A stretch of DNA of 63,246 bases, taken from positions 1 to 63,246 of the forward strand of contig DASQJU010000167.1 in assembly GCA_035630915.1 (NCBI GenBank), given 5' to 3'. This document shows positions 1 to 8,853 of the stretch, one piece after another (the first letter of the stretch is position 1; each line of letters begins with the position of its first letter). Both the position numbers and the translations under genes were made by a program. The DNA comes from Allosphingosinicella sp. (GTDB lineage Bacteria; Pseudomonadota; Alphaproteobacteria; Sphingomonadales; Sphingomonadaceae). The notes beneath the pieces were generated by a model. That model was given only the letters and a program-made list of their open reading frames with translations, did no database searches and was not told where the DNA came from.

Positions 1-465
1 GCTCGGCACCCGGATCCCGCCCTGGAAACTCAGCAAAGAGGCGACGTTCACGATCTTGCCGCTGCCCTGGCCGATCATATGCCGGCCCGCCGCCTGGCAG
101 AGGAAGAAGAGCGACTTGAGGTTGGTGTCGATCACCGCGTCCCAATCCGCCTCGGAGAAATCCACCGCGTCGGCGCGGCGGATGATCCCGGCATTGTTGA
201 CGAGGATGTCGAGCCCGCCGAGCGCCAGCAGAGTTTCGTCGACCACCGCCTGCACCGGCGCCGAGGTCGAAAGATCGGCCTCGATCAGGACCGCGCGGCA
301 CCCGGCGGCGCGCACCTGCTTTGCCGTCTCCTGCGCCGGCGAGCGGCCGGCCAGCGCGACGTCCGCGCCAGCTTCCGCGAGCGCCACGGCGATGGCCTGG
401 CCGATGCCGGTATTGGCGCCGGTGACGACGGCGACCTTGCCGGTGAGGTCGAACAGGCTCGCCAT
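1..465 (-). CDS. kduD: 2-dehydro-3-deoxy-D-gluconate 5-dehydrogenase (SDR), 3' end runs off the window
   Basis: Not in the ORF track. Minus strand from ATG at 465 reads [26 protein letters not shown]...LVNNAGIIRRADA (SDR TGxxxGIG and NNAG motifs). Start overlaps the kduI stop (TGATG). Confidence 0.9.
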   Translation of the reverse strand, partial: MASLFDLTGKVAVVTGANTGIGQAIAVALAEAGADVALAGRSPAQETAKQVRAAGCRAVLIEADLSTSAPVQAVVDETLLALGGLDILVNNAGIIRRADAVDFSEADWDAVIDTNLKSLFFLCQAAGRHMIGQGSGKIVNVASLLSFQGGIRVPS

Positions 466-1307
466 CACGCCAGCTGGCAGATGTCGAGGACGTTCATGTC
501 GGTATAGTCCTGATTCTCGCCGGCCATCGCCCAGATGAAGGCATAGGCCTTGGTGCCGGACCCCATGTGGATCGACCAGACCGGGGAGATCACCGCCTCC
601 TCGTTCTGGACCACCAGGTGCCGGGTCGCCTCGCCCTCGCCCATGAAGTGGAAGACGCGATCCTTCTCCAGATCGTCCAGCTCGAAGTAGAAATAAATCT
701 CGCTGCGCCGCTCGTGGATGTGCGGGGGCATCGTGTTCCACACGCTGCCGGGCTTCAGCACGGTGAGCCCCATGACCAGCTGCGCGCTGTCGCAGACGCC
801 GGGGATAACCAGCTGAAAAATGGTTCGTTCGTTCGACTCCTCAAGGGAGCCGCGCTCGAGTGCATTGGCGTCGGCGATCGACAGCTTGCGCGTCACGCAC
901 GCCTTATGCGCCGGGCAGGAGGCGAGGTAGAAACGCGCGCCCTGCCCTTCAAACGTCACGTCGACGGCGCCCATCGTAACGTAGAGGCAGTCCTTGTTGC
1001 CGAGCGTGAAGCTTTCGCCGTCGACGGTGACCGAACCGACGATCTTGCCGACGTTGACGATGGCCAGTTCGCGCCGCTCGAGGAACGGGCGGCCGGCGGC
1101 GGATGCGGGCTCGGTCTGGGCGGGCAGCTTCACCGCGGCGGCGCCGACCGCGACTCCGCCGATTACGAACCGGTCCGCATGGGTGTAGTTGAGCACGCAC
1201 TCGCCGTCGCGGAACAGGTCCTCGATCAGATAGCGGTCGCGCAATTCTTCGTTCGACACGCACTCCATCATGTCGGGATGGGTCGCGTAATAGGTTCTCT
1301 CGAACAT
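465..1307 (-). CDS. kduI: 4-deoxy-L-threo-5-hexosulose-uronate ketol-isomerase
   Basis: Motifs [53 protein letters not shown]. Start moved to ATG 1307 (MFERTYY), which follows a GGAG RBS. Confidence 0.93.
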   Translation of the reverse strand: MFERTYYATHPDMMECVSNEELRDRYLIEDLFRDGECVLNYTHADRFVIGGVAVGAAAVKLPAQTEPASAAGRPFLERRELAIVNVGKIVGSVTVDGESFTLGNKDCLYVTMGAVDVTFEGQGARFYLASCPAHKACVTRKLSIADANALERGSLEESNERTIFQLVIPGVCDSAQLVMGLTVLKPGSVWNTMPPHIHERRSEIYFYFELDDLEKDRVFHFMGEGEATRHLVVQNEEAVISPVWSIHMGSGTKAYAFIWAMAGENQDYTDMNVLDICQLA

Positions 1308-1333
1308 CTTGGTCTCCACGGGTTCGACCCGTT

Positions 1334-1348
1334 TGGTAACCGGTGTCA
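1334..1348 (-). promoter_or_regulatory. LacI-family operator upstream of kduI (TGACACCGGTTACCA on minus strand)
   Basis: Imperfect palindrome centred on CCGG. It overlaps a TTGCCC-N17-TACCAA candidate promoter, and the motif recurs at 2478 and 4017. Confidence 0.75.
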
Positions 1349-1367
1349 GCGAGTCGGGCAAGCGGGC

Positions 1368-2417
1368 CTAGACCGGCGGCGGCGCGACCGAGGCGCGATG
1401 GATCAGGCGCGAAGGCAGCATGGCGGGCTGCTCGCCGAGGCCGCCGACCATGTCGAACACGAGCTTGCGCGCGGCCGCCCGCGCCATCGAGACGATCGGC
1501 CAGCGCACCGTCGTCAGCGGCGGCCAGATATGGGCGGCGATCGGCGTGTCGTCGAAACCGATCACGGAAAGCTCGTCGGGCACGGCGACGCCGCGCTCGC
1601 GGGCGGCGAAGATGACCCCCGCCGCCATCTCGTCGTTGCTGGCGAAGATCGCGGTCGGCCGCGGCGAGAGATCGAGCAGGCGGCCGGCGGCGGTGACGCC
1701 GGTCTCGAACGTATAATTCCCCCCGGCGATCAGGCTGCGCGGCAGCTTGATTCCCGCCGCCTCCAGCGCGTCCTCGAAGCCCAGCCGGCGCTCGCGCGCC
1801 GAGCGGAAGCCGTCGGGCCCTTCGATCAGCCCGATCAGCTGATGGCCCTGCTGGATCAGGTGCGCCGTCGCCTCGCGCACCACCTCGCGGTCGTTCGAAG
1901 CGACCATATGGTCGTCGTCGTCGAGCTGGGCCGATCCCATTCGCACGTAACGGCAACCGACCTCGTCGCACAGGCGCGCCAAGGCGTCGTTCTCGCTGAT
2001 CGGCGGCAGCAGCACGACACCGAACAGGCGCTGCCGCTCAAGGAAGTGGCGCACGTCTTCGAGCATCATCGCGCTGTTGCGGTCCACCGGGCGCACGACC
2101 ATCTCGAACTCGGTGCCCTGCAGTGCCTCCAATATGCCCTGCTGCATGTTGAGCACCATCTGGGCGTTCGGATTGTCGTGGATCAGGCCGATCAGGAAGT
2201 TGCGCCCCAGCGCGAGCGCCCGCGCCTGCGGATTGGGCACGTAGCCGACCTCGCGGATCACCTTCTCGACCTTCTCGCGCGTCTCCTCGTTGAGCAAAGG
2301 CGAGCGGTTGATCACCCGGCTTACGGTCTTCTTCGACACCCCCGCCAGGCGCGCGACGTCGTTGATCGTCGGCTTCGGCGTGCGGCTGCCGCCATTCTGG
2401 GTGTCGTTCTTGCTCAA
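1368..2417 (-). CDS. LacI-family transcriptional repressor of hexuronate genes (HumR-like)
   Basis: HTH TINDVARLAGVSKKTVSRVIN, hinge YVPNPQARAL, sugar-binding domain (TAIFASNDEMAAG, SVIGFDD, PPLTTV). TTG start. Confidence 0.9.
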   Translation of the reverse strand: MSKNDTQNGGSRTPKPTINDVARLAGVSKKTVSRVINRSPLLNEETREKVEKVIREVGYVPNPQARALALGRNFLIGLIHDNPNAQMVLNMQQGILEALQGTEFEMVVRPVDRNSAMMLEDVRHFLERQRLFGVVLLPPISENDALARLCDEVGCRYVRMGSAQLDDDDHMVASNDREVVREATAHLIQQGHQLIGLIEGPDGFRSARERRLGFEDALEAAGIKLPRSLIAGGNYTFETGVTAAGRLLDLSPRPTAIFASNDEMAAGVIFAARERGVAVPDELSVIGFDDTPIAAHIWPPLTTVRWPIVSMARAAARKLVFDMVGGLGEQPAMLPSRLIHRASVAPPPV

Positions 2418-2477
2418 TCCTCAACTCCGCGCGCCCGATTAGCGCGTGCTTGCCCGATTAGGCGAGCGCGATTAGTC

Positions 2478-2491
2478 TGACACCGGTTTCC
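2478..2491 (+). promoter_or_regulatory. LacI-family operator TGACACCGGTTTCC upstream of uxaA
   Basis: Follows a TTGCCC-N17-TAGTCT candidate promoter (2450-2478) and ends 2 nt before the uxaA ATG. Confidence 0.75.
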
Positions 2492-2493
2492 CA

Positions 2494-3993
2494 ATGTCAC
2501 AAGCCGATCCTCTTGCAGCCGAAAGGCCGGCCTTTCTGAAGCTTGATCCGGGCGACGACGTCGCGGTCGCGCTGCGCGATCTCGCGGCCGGCGAGCGGGT
2601 CGAGGCCTTGCAGATCGCCGAGCCAATCCCGACCAGCCACAAAGTGGCGCTGACCGATCTGGACGCGGGCGCGACGGTGCGAAAATTCGGCTGTCCGATC
2701 GGCCGCGCGACCCGGCCGATCCGCGCCGGCGCCCACGTCCACAGCCACAATCTCGAAACGCTGCTCGGCGGCATCGAGGGTTACGCCTTCGCGCCCTCGC
2801 CCGCGGCGTCGATCGCGCCGGACGGCGAAACCCGCTTCCACGGCTACCGGCGGCCCGATGGGCGCGTCGCCACGCGCAACGAAATCTGGGTGCTCCCGAC
2901 CGTCGGCTGCGTCGCGCGGACGGCCGAGCGGATCGCCGCCATCGCCCATGCCCGCCACGCCAGGGCCGTCGACGGCGTCTACGCCTTCGGCCACCCGCAC
3001 GGCTGCTCGCAGCTCGGCGAGGACCTCGACGGGACGCGCGCTTTGCTCGCCGCGCTCGCCTGCCATCCCAATGCCGGCGGCGTGCTGCTGATCGGGCTCG
3101 GCTGCGAATCCAACCAGCTGGACCGGCTGATGGAGGAGATCCCCGAAGCTCTGCGCGGCCGGGTGCGAACCTTGCGCGCCCAAAGCGAGGAGGACGAGAT
3201 CCAGGCGGGTCTCGCCGCGGTCGATGCGCTGGTCGCCCGCGCTTCGCTCTGCACGCGCCAGCCGGTCGGCCTCGGCGAGCTCGTCATCGGCCTCAAATGT
3301 GGCGGATCGGACGGCTTTTCCGGCCTCACCGCCAATCCGCTCGTCGGCCGCCTCGCCGACCGCGTGATCGGCGCCGGCGGCTCCGCGATCCTCACCGAGA
3401 TCCCCGAAATTTTCGGCGCGGAACGGCTGCTGATGGCGCGGGCGCGAGATGCCCAGACGTTCGATCGCCTGGTCGGCCTGGTCAACGACTTCAAGCGCTA
3501 CTTTATCGGCCACGGCCAGCCGATCTCGGAGAACCCTTCTCCCGGCAATATCGCCGGCGGCATCACCACGCTCGAGGAGAAGAGCCTCGGCGCCGTGCAG
3601 AAAGCCGGCCATGCCCCGGTCACCGACGTGCTGCGCTATGGCGAGCGGCTGCGGTGCAAGGGGCTGACGATCCTCGAAGCGCCCGGCAACGACGCCGTCT
3701 CCTCGACCGCTCTCGCCGCTGCCGGCGCCACGATGATCCTCTTCACCACCGGCCGCGGGACGCCGATGGGCTTCCCCGTGCCGACGGTGAAGATCGCCAC
3801 CAACAGCGCGCTCGCCGCGCGCAAGCCGGGCTGGATCGACTTCGATGCGGGCATTGTGCTGGCCGAAGGATTCGACGCGGCGGAGGACGCGCTGACCGCC
3901 CGACTCGCCACCATCGCCTCGGGCGCCAGCACGGCCGCCGAACGCAATGGCGAGCGCGACATCGCCATCTGGAAACGCGGCGTCACGCTTTGA
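2494..3993 (+). CDS. uxaA: Altronate dehydratase (UxaA family, N-terminal SAF domain)
   Basis: DDVAVAL..HKVAL..HVHSHN SAF domain; PTVGC, HPHGCSQ, HPNAGGVLLIGLGCE, KCGGSDGFSG, ENPSPGN..GGITTLEEKSLG, FTTGRGTP. Confidence 0.92.
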   Translation: MSQADPLAAERPAFLKLDPGDDVAVALRDLAAGERVEALQIAEPIPTSHKVALTDLDAGATVRKFGCPIGRATRPIRAGAHVHSHNLETLLGGIEGYAFAPSPAASIAPDGETRFHGYRRPDGRVATRNEIWVLPTVGCVARTAERIAAIAHARHARAVDGVYAFGHPHGCSQLGEDLDGTRALLAALACHPNAGGVLLIGLGCESNQLDRLMEEIPEALRGRVRTLRAQSEEDEIQAGLAAVDALVARASLCTRQPVGLGELVIGLKCGGSDGFSGLTANPLVGRLADRVIGAGGSAILTEIPEIFGAERLLMARARDAQTFDRLVGLVNDFKRYFIGHGQPISENPSPGNIAGGITTLEEKSLGAVQKAGHAPVTDVLRYGERLRCKGLTILEAPGNDAVSSTALAAAGATMILFTTGRGTPMGFPVPTVKIATNSALAARKPGWIDFDAGIVLAEGFDAAEDALTARLATIASGASTAAERNGERDIAIWKRGVTL

Positions 3994-4016
3994 TGTCGCG
4001 CGCACCCCGTTGCTTA

Positions 4017-4030
4017 TGACACCGGTTTCC
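4017..4030 (+). promoter_or_regulatory. LacI-family operator TGACACCGGTTTCC upstream of the hydratase-exuT genes
   Basis: Identical 14-mer to 2478. Lies in the 17-bp spacer of TTGCTT-N17-TAGCCC. Confidence 0.75.
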
Positions 4031-4066
4031 GTTAGCCCTCAAAAAAAAGAGCGTTTGGAGAGCGGA

Positions 4067-4870
4067 TTGAGCCTGACGGATGAAAGCAGCCGGATCGCCG
4101 GCCGATTCCTCGCTGCGCGGCGCGCGGCCGCGGGGCTCGAATCCTATCCCGGCGATCTGCCCGCCACGCTGGACGGAGCCTATGCGATCCAGGACCAGGC
4201 AATCGCCGCCTGGGGCCAGCCGGTGATCGGCTGGAAGGTCGGCCGCGTGCTCCCGCCGCTCGCCGAACGCTACGGAACCGACCGGCTCGGCGGGCCGATC
4301 TTCGCCCGCGCCGCCGCGTCCGAAGGCGCCAGCCCGGTCCAGATGCCGGTGTTCGGCGAAGGCTTCGCCGCCGGCGAATCGGAATTCCTGCTGCGGATCG
4401 GCGCCGTGCCGCCCGAGGACAAGACCAGCTTCACGCTCGACGAAGCCGCCGATCTGATCGGCGCGGTCTATGCCGGCATCGAGGTCGCCAGCTCGCCATT
4501 GGGCGCGATCAACGAGCTTGGGCCGATCGCCGTCGTCTCCGATTTCGGCAACAATAACGGGCTCGTCATCGGCCCGGAGATTCCCGACTGGCGCTCCAGC
4601 GGCTTCGAGCAATGGGAGGTCGCGACAATGATCGACGGGGTCGAGGCGGGCCGCGGCCGCGCTTCCGCCTTCCCCGACGGCGCCATTGGCGCCGCCCGCT
4701 TCCTGTTCGAGCTGATGGCGCGGCGCGGCATCAGGCTGGAGCCCGGCCAGTGGATTTCGTCGGGGGCGGTGACCGGCGTCCATCGCGCCCATCCGGGCCA
4801 GACGGTCGAGGCGCGGTTCAGGGAAGGACTGTCGGTGGCCTGCAGGCTGGTCGCCGCCGAGCCGGAATAA
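4067..4870 (+). CDS. 2-keto-4-pentenoate hydratase-like protein (FAH superfamily)
   Basis: AYAIQD..GWKVG, GESEF, GIEVASSP, SDFGNNNGLVIG, GQWISSGAVTG. Start placed at TTG 4067 after GGAGAG. Confidence 0.75.
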   Translation: MSLTDESSRIAGRFLAARRAAAGLESYPGDLPATLDGAYAIQDQAIAAWGQPVIGWKVGRVLPPLAERYGTDRLGGPIFARAAASEGASPVQMPVFGEGFAAGESEFLLRIGAVPPEDKTSFTLDEAADLIGAVYAGIEVASSPLGAINELGPIAVVSDFGNNNGLVIGPEIPDWRSSGFEQWEVATMIDGVEAGRGRASAFPDGAIGAARFLFELMARRGIRLEPGQWISSGAVTGVHRAHPGQTVEARFREGLSVACRLVAAEPE

Positions 4871-4884
4871 GGGGGGAGATTAGT

Positions 4885-6171
4885 ATGTCGGACGCAGGCA
4901 ATGTCGCGGTTCAGCAGGCGGCGGCGCGCGTCGGCCATTACCGCTGGGTGATCGTCGCCCTGCTCTTCCTCGCCACCGTCATCAACTACATCGATCGGCA
5001 GATGCTTGGGGTCCTCAAGCCCACCCTCTCCGCCGACCTGGGCTGGAGCGAGATCGATTTCGCCAACGTCGTCTTCTGGTTCCAGACCGCCTACGCGATC
5101 GGCTATATCGGCTTCGGGCGGATCGTCGACCTGATCGGCGCGCGGCTCGGCTACGCCATCGCCTTCGTCATCTGGACGCTCGCCCATATCGCCCATGGCG
5201 GCGTGCACAGCGTCACCCAGTTCGCGATGGTCCGCTTCGGCCTCGGCATTGGCGAGGCGGGCAATTTCCCGGCCGGCATCAAGGCGGTGACCGAATGGTT
5301 CCCGGTCAAGGAGCGCGCCTTCGCCATCGGCCTGTTCAACGCCGGCGCCAATATCGGGGCGATCGTCACTCCGCTTGTCGTCCCCTGGCTGACCGTCGTC
5401 TATGGCTGGCGCGCGGCCTTCGTGATCACCGGCATCGCCACCTCGGTCTGGGTGATCGCCTGGCTCGCCATGTACCGCCGGCCGCGGGAGCATAAGCGCG
5501 TCTCCGCCGCCGAGCTCGCCTATATCGAGCAGGATCCGGTCGATCCGGTGACGCCGCTGCCGTGGAGCCGGATCGCGGCGAAGCGCGAGACCTGGGCCTA
5601 TGCGCTCGGCAAGTTCTGCATCGACCCGATCTGGTGGTTCTTCCTGTTCTGGCTGCCCGGTTTCCTCGCCGTCCGCTACCAGCTCAACATCCTCCAGTTC
5701 GGGCCGCCCCTGGTCGCCATCTACCTGCTCTCGGACTTCGGCTCGATCGCCGGCGGCTGGGCCTCGTCGCGGATGATCAAGGCCGGCAGGACGGTCAATT
5801 TCGCGCGCAAGATGACGATGCTGATCTGCGCCTTCGCCGTGACCCCGATCTTTTTCGCCCAATATTATGACGATCTGTGGGTCGCGGTGCTGGTGATCGG
5901 GATCGCGACGGCGGCGCACCAGGCCTTCTCCGCCAATCTCTACACGCTGCCGTCCGATCTCTTCCCGCGCAGCGCGGTCGGCTCGGTGATCGGCATCGGC
6001 GGCACGGTCGGCGCGGTCGGCGGCATGATCTTCACGCTCTACACCGGCCAGATCCTCGACAAGATCGGCAGCTACACGCCGATCTTCATCGTCGCCGGCA
6101 GTGCCTATTTCGTCGCGCTGGGGATCGTCCACCTGCTCTCGCCCAGGCTGGAGCGGGCGCGGATCGACTAG
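4885..6171 (+). CDS. exuT: Hexuronate MFS transporter (ExuT-like)
   Basis: RWVIVALLFLATVINYIDRQ, GIGEAGNFPAGIKAVTEWFP..ERA, DPIWWFFLFWLP, AAHQAFSANLYTL. ATG 4885 after GGGAG. Confidence 0.85.
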   Translation: MSDAGNVAVQQAAARVGHYRWVIVALLFLATVINYIDRQMLGVLKPTLSADLGWSEIDFANVVFWFQTAYAIGYIGFGRIVDLIGARLGYAIAFVIWTLAHIAHGGVHSVTQFAMVRFGLGIGEAGNFPAGIKAVTEWFPVKERAFAIGLFNAGANIGAIVTPLVVPWLTVVYGWRAAFVITGIATSVWVIAWLAMYRRPREHKRVSAAELAYIEQDPVDPVTPLPWSRIAAKRETWAYALGKFCIDPIWWFFLFWLPGFLAVRYQLNILQFGPPLVAIYLLSDFGSIAGGWASSRMIKAGRTVNFARKMTMLICAFAVTPIFFAQYYDDLWVAVLVIGIATAAHQAFSANLYTLPSDLFPRSAVGSVIGIGGTVGAVGGMIFTLYTGQILDKIGSYTPIFIVAGSAYFVALGIVHLLSPRLERARID

Positions 6172-6183
6172 CCGCTCGCCAGG

Positions 6184-6936
6184 ATGCCGCAGGACCCGAC
6201 TTTCTACCTGTTCGCGATCCCCGCGGTTCTGCTGATCGGATTCGCAAAGGGCGGCTTCTCCGGCCTCAGCGCGCTCGCCATGCCGCTGATCGCGCTCGGC
6301 CTGGATCCGATCCAGGGCGCGGCGATCCTGCTGCCGATCCTGATCGTCCAGGACGCCGTCTCGGTCGCCGCCTTCCGCAAGAGCTGGGACGGCTATGTGC
6401 TGGCGGTGATGCTGCCCGGGGCAGTCGTGGGCGTGGTCCTCGGCTGGTGGCTCGCAGCCTCGGTTTCCTCGAACGGCATCCTCGTCTCAGTCGGCGCGAT
6501 CTCGCTCGTCTTCGGGCTCTACCGGCTGTGGGCCGAGCGCGGGAACCGGATCGCTGCTTCGTCACGCTCGCCGGCGTGGGTCGGCACATTGTTCGGTGTC
6601 GCCACCGGCTTCACCAGCCAAATCGCCCATGCCGGCGGTCCGCCCTTCCAGATGTGGGTGATGCCGCGCAAATTGCCGCGCGACACCTTCATCGGCACGA
6701 CCGCGATCTTCTTCGCCGCGCTCAACTGGATCAAGGTGCCGGCCTATGCCGCGCTCGGGCAATTCACCTGGCCCAATGCGCTGGCCACCGCGGCCTTGCT
6801 CCCCTTCGCCATCGCCGGCGCCCTCGGCGGCGTGTGGCTGATCCGCAAGGTTGCGCCGGAGCGCTTCTACACGCTCGTCTATGCGCTGATGGTGCTCGCC
6901 GGCGCGAAGCTGCTGTGGGACGGGCTCGGCCTCTAG
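6184..6936 (+). CDS. Sulfite exporter TauE/SafE family membrane protein
   Basis: 250 aa, hydrophobic; GFAKGGFSG..LAMPL and ATGFTSQIAHAGGPP motifs. Confidence 0.8.
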   Translation: MPQDPTFYLFAIPAVLLIGFAKGGFSGLSALAMPLIALGLDPIQGAAILLPILIVQDAVSVAAFRKSWDGYVLAVMLPGAVVGVVLGWWLAASVSSNGILVSVGAISLVFGLYRLWAERGNRIAASSRSPAWVGTLFGVATGFTSQIAHAGGPPFQMWVMPRKLPRDTFIGTTAIFFAALNWIKVPAYAALGQFTWPNALATAALLPFAIAGALGGVWLIRKVAPERFYTLVYALMVLAGAKLLWDGLGL

Positions 6937-7913
6937 GCGACTTCGAAGCAGACCTGGTTCCGGCCGGCATTCTTGGCCTTGTAGAGCAAGGCGTCGGCGC
7001 GCTGGAGGCCGGGCTCGTTCTGCCCGGGGCGGCCGCAGGCGATCCCGGCCGAGAAGGTGACCTGCCCGAGCGGTGCATCCGTCTCGCGCACCTTGAAGTG
7101 GCGTGCCCCGAGGATCTCGCGCGCGGCATCGATCAGGAGCGCGGCCTCGGCCGGCGCCGTTTCCTCGAACAGGACGACGAACTCCTCGCCGCCGAGGCGC
7201 GCCACCATGTGCCCGCCGCAACTGGCGCTCAGCGTGTCCGCCACGGTCCGGATCACGCGATCGCCGACGCCATGGCCGTAAGTGTCGTTGATGCGCTTGA
7301 AGAGGTCGATGTCGCAGATCGCGACCGCGACCTGCTTACCCGCGCTCTCCAGTTCGGCGAGCCGTTCCTCGAACGCGCGGCGGTTCGGCAGGCGGGTCAG
7401 CGGATCGCTGCGCGCTTCCTCTCCGGCTTCGGCCAGCTGGGCACGAAGCGTCTGCGCTTCGTCGCGCGCATCGGTCAGCTGCTGCTCGGCCGTCTTGGTG
7501 CGCTGCGCCATGGCGCGGGTGATGGCGACCAGGGCCGAGAGACCCTCCTCGCCCGCCTCGAGCCGGTCGGCCCCGGCCTGCAGGTCGGCGCCGTAGCTCT
7601 GCGCGGCCGCGCGGGAAGATTCGACGATCGCGGCGAACTGCTCGACGCGTTCCGCGGCGTTGGAGAGCAGCGCAGAATCGATCCCCGCCGCTGGACCCGA
7701 CGTAATCTCGACCCCGACCTCGCTCTTGATCCGGTCCGCCTCGCGCTGCGTGAGACGCAACCCATCGCTGATCGCCGCCTTGACCGCGACGGCGGCCGGA
7801 GAGGCCTCGTCGGCCACCAGCGCATAAGCGAGCGCGTAATTGTCCGGGCTCGGCCACAGGCCGTGCTCGGCGAGGAACGCCCCGATCCGATGGTAGAGCG
7901 GTCCGCTATCCAC
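6933..7913 (-). CDS. Diguanylate cyclase (GGEEF), DgcB-like N-terminus
   Basis: DPLTRLPNRRAF, DIDLFKRINDTYGHGVGD, RLGGEEF, ADALLYKAKNAGRN, preceded by a coiled coil. GTG start 7913 overlaps the motB stop. Confidence 0.88.
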   Translation of the reverse strand: MDSGPLYHRIGAFLAEHGLWPSPDNYALAYALVADEASPAAVAVKAAISDGLRLTQREADRIKSEVGVEITSGPAAGIDSALLSNAAERVEQFAAIVESSRAAAQSYGADLQAGADRLEAGEEGLSALVAITRAMAQRTKTAEQQLTDARDEAQTLRAQLAEAGEEARSDPLTRLPNRRAFEERLAELESAGKQVAVAICDIDLFKRINDTYGHGVGDRVIRTVADTLSASCGGHMVARLGGEEFVVLFEETAPAEAALLIDAAREILGARHFKVRETDAPLGQVTFSAGIACGRPGQNEPGLQRADALLYKAKNAGRNQVCFEVA

Positions 7914-8850
7914 GGCTGGCGACCTGGCGGGGCCGCCCGGCGCCCGGAGCGGGCGGTTGCGGCGCAGCGGGATCCGTGCCCCGCGCGCCGCGCCAGGCGA
8001 GGGTGACCGAGATGCGGCGGTTGCGCGGATCGTAGCGGTCGGCGGGGACGAAGGGCTGGCGGTCGGCGACCCCCTCGATCCGCGCGATGCGATCGAGCGT
8101 GACGCCCTTGCGCTGCAAGGTCGCCCGCGTGCTTTCGGCACGCGCGGTGGAGAGCATCCAGTTGTTCATCGTCTGGCCGGACGAATAGGGCAGCGAATCG
8201 GTGTGGCCGCGCACGACCACCGAATTGGGCACGCCGGAGATGACCACGGCGACCTCCTCCACCAGCCGGCGCGCCTCGGGCAGCAGCTGGTCGGTCCCGA
8301 CCCGGAACATCGAGAAATCGGCCTCGTCCATCAGGTCGATGCGCAGGCCCTCCTCGTTCTCGGTGAAGCTGACATGGTTGCGCAGCCGCCGAAGCTCGGG
8401 CGTCCGCTCGATCCGCCGCAACAGTTCGTCGCGCAGGCGGGCGAATTCCTCATGTTCCTGCTGGGTCGGGGCCTGCCCCTCCTGGACGCCCCCGGTGACG
8501 TCGCGCGGAACGACGATCGCGCGCGATCCGGTCTGAGTCGCGCGGTGCGGATAATTGTCCGCCGCGACGATCGAATCGCCGCCCATAATCCCGTCCGATC
8601 CCGCGCTGTTCTGCTTGTACTCGATCAGCGTCGGGGTGAAATAATCGGCGAGGCCGCGCCTTTTGTCCTCGTCGGTCGCGCCGAGCAGCCAAAGCAAAAG
8701 AAAGAAGGCCATCATCGCCGTGACGAAATCGGCATAGGCGATCTTCCACGCTCCGCCGTGATGCGCGCCGTGCGATTCGGCGACGATCTTCTTGACGATG
8801 ATCGGCTGAATCGCGGGCTCGTTGCTCCCGCGACGGGCGGCCGTGGCCAT
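7906..8850 (-). CDS. motB: Flagellar stator protein MotB
   Basis: HHGGAWKIAYADFVTAMMAFF (conserved Asp); OmpA-like domain GHTD..NWMLSTARA..NRRISV. Confidence 0.93.
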   Translation of the reverse strand: MATAARRGSNEPAIQPIIVKKIVAESHGAHHGGAWKIAYADFVTAMMAFFLLLWLLGATDEDKRRGLADYFTPTLIEYKQNSAGSDGIMGGDSIVAADNYPHRATQTGSRAIVVPRDVTGGVQEGQAPTQQEHEEFARLRDELLRRIERTPELRRLRNHVSFTENEEGLRIDLMDEADFSMFRVGTDQLLPEARRLVEEVAVVISGVPNSVVVRGHTDSLPYSSGQTMNNWMLSTARAESTRATLQRKGVTLDRIARIEGVADRQPFVPADRYDPRNRRISVTLAWRGARGTDPAAPQPPAPGAGRPRQVASRG

Positions 8851-8853
8851 GGC

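Noticed and set aside
567-2480. 637-aa plus-strand ORF
   Set aside because: Antisense shadow of kduI and the LacI gene; no motifs.
4041-4048. A8 homopolymer upstream of the hydratase as a phase-variation tract
   Set aside because: It lies in the predicted untranslated leader, outside the CDS and the promoter spacer; no evidence of variation.
5877-8006. 709-aa plus-strand ORF
   Set aside because: Arg-rich off-frame or antisense shadow over exuT, tauE and the cyclase.
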